A program made the translations under genes and the position numbers. 64,000 bases of DNA, from contig CAZHJZ010000005.1 of the NCBI GenBank assembly GCA_964532495.1, positions 920 to 64,919 on the forward strand, given 5' to 3'. Shown in pieces: positions 58,072-64,000 of the stretch. Source of the stretch: an uncultured Candidatus Saccharibacteria bacterium. GTDB lineage: Bacteria > Patescibacteriota > Minisyncoccia > Phycocordibacterales > UBA9973. The first letter of the stretch is position 1, and each line of letters opens with the position of its first letter. The notes below the pieces were generated by a model. It saw nothing but the letters and a program-made list of their open reading frames with translations, was not told the DNA's origin and did not search any database.

Positions 58072-60813
58072 TTACGAATTAGAATTGTAGTTGTAGCGTC
58101 CCATGATCTCTGCTTCCACTTCTTCGCGGTCGCGGCCGAATTTGAGGTATGAAAGCTCTTTGAGTTTGGCAGCCATTTCTGGAGAGCCTTTTGGTGGAAA
58201 TGGAGTATGCGAGTTGAACGGTTTGACCGGCATACCGTTCACCAGCATTTTGACGTAACAATGGAGGTTTTCCTGCTTGATGATATCTTTGGCGGTAAAT
58301 TCCGGCTCAAACTGCTTTGCAAAGATCTCAGCGTTTTCTGCAGACACACGGTGTACAACCATAGAACCAACGTTACCGAAGACAGCATCGCGAATATTGT
58401 CTTCAAGCTGCTCGACGTATTGGTGAGCAATGTTGAGCGAGAGGCGGTACTTACGAGCTTCAGAAAGAATAACCTCGATCGAATCAGTCGTAATGTTCTG
58501 GAATTCGTCGATATAGAGATAGAAGTCATTGACTGGCACGCCAGTTCCAACGATGTCCACGCGAGAAAGAGCTGCCATAGTGATCTTACCGACAAGAATG
58601 AGACCGATCAAGTTCGCGTTAATATCTCCAAGGCGGCCTTTTGAGAGATTCACGAGCAAGATCTTTTTGTTGTCCATAATCTCACGGAAGTTAAAGACTG
58701 ACTTTTCCTGCGCAACAACGGGACGCATGATGTCGTTTGAAATAAACACGTCGAACTTGTTCGTGACATATGGCACGAAGTTAGCGAGTGATTGTTCACC
58801 CGTAGTCTGTTCGGCATTAGTCCAAAATTGCTTGATGATCGGGTTCTTGCAGCGTGAAAGCTTCAAATCACGAAACTCTTTGTCAGCCAACACTCGGCCA
58901 ATCTCAAGAAGCGTCATTCCTGACGCAGGATCTTCCATCACTAACAATGCTGAGTTACGGAAGTATTGTTCGAAGGCCGGACCGCCGGCTGTTTTCATAT
59001 CGAACAATTTGTTGAAAATAGCCAAGAGTTCGTTCACCACGAATGTCTTTTGTTCTGGATATTTTGGATCGTATTCCAACATGTTCAATCCCATCGGACG
59101 ATCAATATATGCAGGATCAAAGTAGATAACATCATCAATACGCTCCTTAGGAATGTTTGCGAGAATATCTTGAATATCAGAACCGTGCGGATCGATGAAG
59201 CATACCCCATCGCCGTTTTTGATATCTTGAATGATCATGTTCTTGAGGAACACCGTTTTACCGGTACCCGTTTGTCCGATAACATAACAGTGACGAACAC
59301 GGTCTTCGCGAGCCATAAACACCTGGCGATTCTGGCCTCGATATTCATTTGTTCCAAGAAGAATACCTTCTGATTTCATTTCAAGCGGTACTGGAGCAGT
59401 AGCAGCCTTTGCCTGTTTCAACTGCGGAGTACCAGTAATGCCGATTGGGAAATGAAAGAGCGATGCCAGCTCTCGTAGGTTAAGCGCAAGAAGTTCCTCC
59501 TCCCGCATTTGGCGATACGAATAGTCATGGAAAAATTGTTCGGCGTCTCGCCCGTCAGTTCGATGCCATTCGATGCGGTTAGCCATTGGCTCGTTGAATT
59601 GATTGAAAGCTGACTCAATCTCTCGAACGATATCTTTGGAGCGCTCTTTTGTCTTGCCGGAGGCCACAATGCGAATACCGGTGTATAGAACAGTGTATTT
59701 TAATTTATTCTGAATATTCTCAATATCTTTCTGGTTTGCCTCCTTTTTTTCATCCTCTTTTTCACTGCCGCTGAACATGCTTTTTACGACATGGAATGTT
59801 TCGCGCGCCACTGAATGCATCTGCTTTACCGCTTCTCTTGCGCGGATTTTTTCATCTTTGACTCGGTGCAGTACATGGGAAAATTCTTTGACGAGCTTTT
59901 CTCCCGCAGGAACAACGATAAACTGGAGCGATGCGCCTTCACCTGTTTCTTTCAATTTCGAGAATGCGTTTACGATAGCATTCATCGGATCATGCTCGAT
60001 GTTCTCGTGGATCTTGATTGGGTACACTTCTGTTTCTCCGAAATGTGCGGATGAGCCGACAGCATACCCTTCTTCAGTGAAAATATTGTAATCGTCGGTG
60101 ACTTCGCGGATCTTTGCTTCTTCGTAAAAACCAAGAAGCTGCTTTTCAAAAAGGTCTACTTTGTCAGTCGGGATAGCAGCATAAAACATAACCTGGTTGC
60201 CTGTGTTTGAAATAGCGATTTCGAGCGTGTAGTATCTGCGATTGGAATTGTTCGTGCCGCCAACGTTTAGCATGCCGGCGTAAAACTGCTCCATCGCTTG
60301 GATGAATTCCTTGTATCCCTTCCCGCCTTCTTTTTCTTCTTCTGGAAGTGTAATCTCAAAGAGCTTCATGTCTATCCCTTTCCATACAGGATTAGTTTCT
60401 GTTAGACCTGGGATTCCGTGAGTTGCACTCAGATATTGAACAAGGAAACGATGGAAGTCGCTATCGATGTGAGGATTGTGAAGACCAGCAGCAACATCGA
60501 GTGCGCTTTTCAATCCATGCTCCATAAGGATGCCGAGAAGTTCTTCCATTTTTCGATCATGCGTTTCTGGCTTGAGTTGAAGAACGAGTTCCTCCACTTT
60601 GTGTTCGGGCATGACGCGAGTCTCATGAAGAATGTCTTTAGCATCAGCTTGTTTGTATGATTCGACAACTTCAGCGACAACCTTTTCAGACTCTACGCCA
60701 TTGCCGAGATTTTCTATCTGCTTTTCACGCTCCGCAATGCGCGCGCGCAAAAACTCGATCTCCTCTTCGGGAGATCTAAACTTTGGAGATGAACCGAGTT
60801 GAAAGCCTTCCAT
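58072..60813 (-). CDS. HerA/FtsK/VirD4-like (DUF87-type) P-loop ATPase with ~480-aa uncharacterised N-terminal region
   Basis: 'RHCYVIGQTGTGKT' (HxxxxGxTGxGKT), 'FIDPHGD', Walker B 'YLYIDEFQN', arginine-finger region 'RKYRLSLNIAHQ'. Confidence 0.45.
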   Translation of the reverse strand: MEGFQLGSSPKFRSPEEEIEFLRARIAEREKQIENLGNGVESEKVVAEVVESYKQADAKDILHETRVMPEHKVEELVLQLKPETHDRKMEELLGILMEHGLKSALDVAAGLHNPHIDSDFHRFLVQYLSATHGIPGLTETNPVWKGIDMKLFEITLPEEEKEGGKGYKEFIQAMEQFYAGMLNVGGTNNSNRRYYTLEIAISNTGNQVMFYAAIPTDKVDLFEKQLLGFYEEAKIREVTDDYNIFTEEGYAVGSSAHFGETEVYPIKIHENIEHDPMNAIVNAFSKLKETGEGASLQFIVVPAGEKLVKEFSHVLHRVKDEKIRAREAVKQMHSVARETFHVVKSMFSGSEKEDEKKEANQKDIENIQNKLKYTVLYTGIRIVASGKTKERSKDIVREIESAFNQFNEPMANRIEWHRTDGRDAEQFFHDYSYRQMREEELLALNLRELASLFHFPIGITGTPQLKQAKAATAPVPLEMKSEGILLGTNEYRGQNRQVFMAREDRVRHCYVIGQTGTGKTVFLKNMIIQDIKNGDGVCFIDPHGSDIQDILANIPKERIDDVIYFDPAYIDRPMGLNMLEYDPKYPEQKTFVVNELLAIFNKLFDMKTAGGPAFEQYFRNSALLVMEDPASGMTLLEIGRVLADKEFRDLKLSRCKNPIIKQFWTNAEQTTGEQSLANFVPYVTNKFDVFISNDIMRPVVAQEKSVFNFREIMDNKKILLVNLSKGRLGDINANLIGLILVGKITMAALSRVDIVGTGVPVNDFYLYIDEFQNITTDSIEVILSEARKYRLSLNIAHQYVEQLEDNIRDAVFGNVGSMVVHRVSAENAEIFAKQFEPEFTAKDIIKQENLHCYVKMLVNGMPVKPFNSHTPFPPKGSPEMAAKLKELSYLKFGRDREEVEAEIMGRYNYNSNS

Positions 60814-60844
60814 GTGGCTTTATTATACTTTAATACAACGAGAA

Positions 60845-61612
60845 CTACAAAAGGGTAAGTATCTCTGGTTCGCCTTCAGTAATAAGAACAGTATGTTCGA
60901 AGTGAGCGCTCTTAGATCCATCGGCAGTTTTGACGGTGTAGCCGTCTCGGGCAACGATCGTATCGTCTTCCCCTAAGTTAAGCATTGGTTCAATAGCCAC
61001 AACCATTCCTGGTTTAAGGAGCTCGCCTTTGCCCGCTTTACCGTAGTTTGGAATATAGGGATCTTCGTGAATAGCGCGTCCGACACCGTGGCCTGAGAGA
61101 TCGCGGACGATGCCGTACCCATAGGGTTTGACGAATGTCTGGATGGCGTAGCCGATATCACCGACACGGCCGCCGCCTACGGCGGCGGCTATTCCAACCA
61201 ACATCGCTTCTTTGGTTGCACGCATAAGTTCAGTGTCTTTCTTGGAAACAGTCCCGACTGGAACCGTAATAGCGTGGTCAGTAAAAAGCCCCTTATGCTT
61301 GAGCCCAAGATCGAGTGAAACGATATCTCCTTCCTTAAGAACAACATTTTGTGACGGAATGCCGTGAACGATTTCATTATTCACAGAAACGCAGAGAGAA
61401 GCAGGGAATGGTTTCATATGAAGAGCAGGCTTATATCCCTTGAAAGCGGGCTCATCTCCCCCGTCTCGAATGAGGCCTTCCGCAATAGCATCAAGCTCTG
61501 TGGATGAAATACCTGGCCGGACATGCGTCGCAACCTCGGCCAAAATACGCGCCAGGCGCTTGCCGCCCTCACGGAGGATTTCGATCTCTTCAGGAGTCTT
61601 GATGATTACCAT
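60845..61612 (-). CDS. map: Methionine aminopeptidase type I
   Basis: Pita-bread-fold metal ligands in the conserved order (D..D..H..E..E); 255 aa. Confidence 0.8.
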   Translation of the reverse strand: MVIIKTPEEIEILREGGKRLARILAEVATHVRPGISSTELDAIAEGLIRDGGDEPAFKGYKPALHMKPFPASLCVSVNNEIVHGIPSQNVVLKEGDIVSLDLGLKHKGLFTDHAITVPVGTVSKKDTELMRATKEAMLVGIAAAVGGGRVGDIGYAIQTFVKPYGYGIVRDLSGHGVGRAIHEDPYIPNYGKAGKGELLKPGMVVAIEPMLNLGEDDTIVARDGYTVKTADGSKSAHFEHTVLITEGEPEILTLL

Positions 61613-61716
61613 TGCCCTACTCTAGCAAAGTTACCGAGTTTTTGCACCTCTTTTCATTGACCATGATTTAAGCACATGGTACAACTAAATTAACTCTCAC
61701 CTTAAAACCTACCCCC

Positions 61717-62370
61717 ATGAAAGAGAAAATAATTTTTTTAAGCGATGATTCCATCTACGAACTTACTGGATTTTGCTACAAAACTAAACTGCTACTTAAT
61801 GGTTTTAAAAATGCTACAGACTTTTTCAATCCTGAAATCTACACTCCGCAAACTTCATTTACCGGTAGCGAAGTATTCGTAGTATGCGCAGGAACACACA
61901 CCCGACTTGAACCAAACCACAGTCTTCCTTGGCTTAAACTGCAATTGCCCGATTTACTTATTATTGGAAACGGAAGCTGCGAAGATCATACAGCAGCATT
62001 CTTTCGCCAACCATACCAGTTTGATTTTATTTTCCAGCAAGAACATCGATTCATGAACATCTGGATGCTCCTCTATCTGCTTTTGCAAAAAAGACAACGG
62101 ACTGGCAAAAAAATCAATCAATTCAGCCTTGGCACTGTAGGTGAAGATATATTAGCAAAAGGTCTGGCAAATCTAATCGACAATGGATATATTACCGATG
62201 TAATAAAATACATGGAGTATCTATCTATTCCCGATAATGATGTTCACAAAATAGCGCACACTCCAAAATTAGCGTTCTCTATCAACCACTTCTACCACTC
62301 TACTATTTCCGAACATACCGATCCCGCAACCAAACGCAAATTCGAAACTTTATTTCCTCAAGCTGCATAA
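61717..62370 (+). CDS. Hypothetical protein
   Basis: 217-aa ORF followed by a terminator at ~62390-62420. Confidence 0.3.
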   Translation: MKEKIIFLSDDSIYELTGFCYKTKLLLNGFKNATDFFNPEIYTPQTSFTGSEVFVVCAGTHTRLEPNHSLPWLKLQLPDLLIIGNGSCEDHTAAFFRQPYQFDFIFQQEHRFMNIWMLLYLLLQKRQRTGKKINQFSLGTVGEDILAKGLANLIDNGYITDVIKYMEYLSIPDNDVHKIAHTPKLAFSINHFYHSTISEHTDPATKRKFETLFPQAA

Positions 62371-62415
62371 GCTAAGGTATAAAAGCAAAACCGGCAGTAA
62401 ATTCTGCCGGTTTTT

Positions 62416-63111
62416 TTATTTGATAGTAGTTCCCTTGAACTCTTTTCCATCAAGATAGTTTTGAAGATTTCCGAGATCGGCGCCATTCATGATGGCAACT
62501 TCGATTCCCGATTCTTCCGCAACCTGCGATGCCACAGGGTCGAAAGGGGTTGAAAGTCCCGGCTTCCACTCGCTTGGAATATAGGAGCGGTATTCTGCCC
62601 AGCTAACATTTTCTAGCTTTTTAGCATCAGGGTTTTTACGAGGATCGCTATCGTAAGCATAGTCGATGTTTGAGAGGTTAATAGCACGCTTTGCGCCAGT
62701 TTTAATAGCAAACCTAATTGCCCCCATATCAGTACTCTTTCCTGGGTTTACTGCACCAACGATTACTATTGGTTTTTGTATATCAACAAATCCATCAGGG
62801 CCGTTGTTAATGACTTCCGGATGAGCTAATTCTCCAAACACTTTTGAAACAAGAACTGCATTTAAGCGAAGCGCGGCAATTCCAATCCAATCAAGATCAT
62901 CAGATGACGGGGTTACTATTTCTGAAAGAGCTTCCTGATAGATTCGAGCTGTGCGTCCTCCTCCAGTAACAATGACAAACGCAAAACCTTTTTCAACATA
63001 TGCAGCAATAAGCTCCTTGAATGATTTCAAAAATGCCGTGTCTACTTTGTCTGGAACAATCATTGAGCCGCCGAGAGAAATGATTGTCCAATTGCGCTTT
63101 GAATTTTCCAT
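62416..63111 (-). CDS. Amino-acid-kinase-family protein, archaeal-size UMP kinase-like
   Basis: 'IISLGGSMIV' and 'VIVTGGG' motifs; 231 aa. Confidence 0.55.
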   Translation of the reverse strand: MENSKRNWTIISLGGSMIVPDKVDTAFLKSFKELIAAYVEKGFAFVIVTGGGRTARIYQEALSEIVTPSSDDLDWIGIAALRLNAVLVSKVFGELAHPEVINNGPDGFVDIQKPIVIVGAVNPGKSTDMGAIRFAIKTGAKRAINLSNIDYAYDSDPRKNPDAKKLENVSWAEYRSYIPSEWKPGLSTPFDPVASQVAEESGIEVAIMNGADLGNLQNYLDGKEFKGTTIK

Positions 63112-63112
63112 A

Positions 63113-63697
63113 TTAGAGTCCTAAAACATTTTTAACTTCCTGGTGCACTTCTTCGACTGTTTGAAGACCGTTCACTTTATAGAGCTTGTAACCTTTTTGC
63201 TTGAGCACTTCGAGGGCTGGGAGAACGCTGTTTTCATACACATCAAAACGATTGGCAATCCCTGCATCAGTATCATCGAGGCGATTGCGAAGTTTCATGC
63301 GCTTTATCGCTTCTTCCTTTGAAACATCGACATAAATAAGGTCAACATTTTTACGTCCATAGAATTCCATCATAGTAATGAAGTCTTCCGACTGGCGAAT
63401 ACTTCGAGGATAGCCATCGAGGAACAATACGGTTTCTGGACCTTTCAACTCTCGGCTCATAAGCGTTGTGAACATGCCGCTAGTAAGAACGTCTGGGAGA
63501 AGAAGCCCGTTATCAAGAATACCCTTGATCACGCTACCGGTATAATTGTCGGTTGCTGTAATAGTGCGGAATTCGTTGCCTGGAGAAAAATGCGTTATCG
63601 AATACCCTCCATCAACAAAAAACTTCTTGAGAAGTTCTACTTGGGTGCCTTTACCGGCGCCGACGTTTCCAAAAAATACATAGGTTTTAGGATTCAT
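63113..63697 (-). CDS. adk: Adenylate kinase
   Basis: 'FFGNVGAGKGTQ' P-loop, 194 aa, sits between secY and map. Confidence 0.7.
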   Translation of the reverse strand: MNPKTYVFFGNVGAGKGTQVELLKKFFVDGGYSITHFSPGNEFRTITATDNYTGSVIKGILDNGLLLPDVLTSGMFTTLMSRELKGPETVLFLDGYPRSIRQSEDFITMMEFYGRKNVDLIYVDVSKEEAIKRMKLRNRLDDTDAGIANRFDVYENSVLPALEVLKQKGYKLYKVNGLQTVEEVHQEVKNVLGL

Positions 63698-63719
63698 ATA
63701 CCAGCCATACTAGCATACA

Positions 63720-63752
63720 AAAAGAGCGACGCCAAAGGCGTCGCTCTTTTTG
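63720..63752. terminator. Bidirectional terminator (AGAGCGACGCC-AAA-GGCGTCGCTCT)
   Basis: Perfect 11-bp stem flanked by A/T runs. Confidence 0.6.
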
Positions 63753-63849
63753 AAATATCTATTGAGTATTTTAGTACCTGATGCCTGCGCAGGTATGAAA
63801 ATTTGTTCGTAAACTCACAAATTTTATACCATGCTCCGGCGTCCTGTAT

Positions 63850-64000
63850 CTAGTACTCTCGCATTGAGAGCTGCGCATCCACGCGCTTCAAGAGGTCGAG
63901 GACCACTGAAACGACGATGAGAAGCGCTGTACCTCCGACAGCGATTGCTGTGATACCAGTTACCTGTTTTAAGATAAGAGGAATAACTGCAATCAAACCG
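63850..64000 (-). CDS. secY: Preprotein translocase SecY, C-terminal fragment (continues beyond window)
   Basis: The minus-strand translation ends '...LKRVDAQLSMREY*', a SecY-like C-terminus. It is followed by adk as in the conserved secY-adk-map cluster. Confidence 0.5.
   Translation of the reverse strand, partial: GLIAVIPLILKQVTGITAIAVGGTALLIVVSVVLDLLKRVDAQLSMREY

Noticed and set aside
1-64000. CRISPR array or cas genes
   Set aside because: No regularly spaced short direct repeats and no Cas-like proteins were seen. The only tandem repetition is inside the giant surface-protein gene and is coding.
1-64000. rRNA genes
   Set aside because: No 16S, 23S or 5S signature stretches were recognised.

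Overview
This 64-kb window looks like a chromosomal segment of a small-genome bacterium, with features consistent with Candidate Phyla Radiation/Patescibacteria, read by eye only. Supporting features: TTG/ATT-type starts, an archaeal-size UMP kinase, sparse metabolism, and giant cell-surface proteins with peptidoglycan-binding domains. The first ~14 kb resembles an integrated mobile element or prophage remnant. It carries a ParB-nuclease/DNA-methyltransferase fusion, small and large terminase subunits, an ABC-2 transporter, a tight HAD-phosphatase/APH-like kinase/P-loop kinase/HIT operon, a Shedu-like (DUF4263-type) PD-(D/E)xK nuclease candidate, a large serine recombinase and an unrecognisable 427-aa protein. 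This element abuts two head-to-head tRNA-Ser-like genes; one appears to carry anticodon ACU. The remaining sequence is mostly core genes: histidine kinase plus REC-only regulator, recG, ftsH, smpB with an adjacent tmRNA found by eye, glmM-like mutase, truB-like synthase, infC-rpmI-rplT, a P-type ATPase, an RNase J-like beta-CASP nuclease, ndk, and map/pyrH-like/adk/secY(partial). Interspersed are unusual items: a membrane-anchored 1535-aa GT2-domain giant protein with a paralogous 460-aa partner, a 2110-aa repeat-rich surface protein, two CYTH proteins each beside a HIT or MazG-like nucleotide hydrolase, a HerA/VirD4-like ATPase with a long novel N-terminus, a tRNA-Ile with anticodon UAU, and a 24-bp perfect inverted repeat upstream of infC. 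The product and domain calls are motif-level reads of the translations, made without any homology search.
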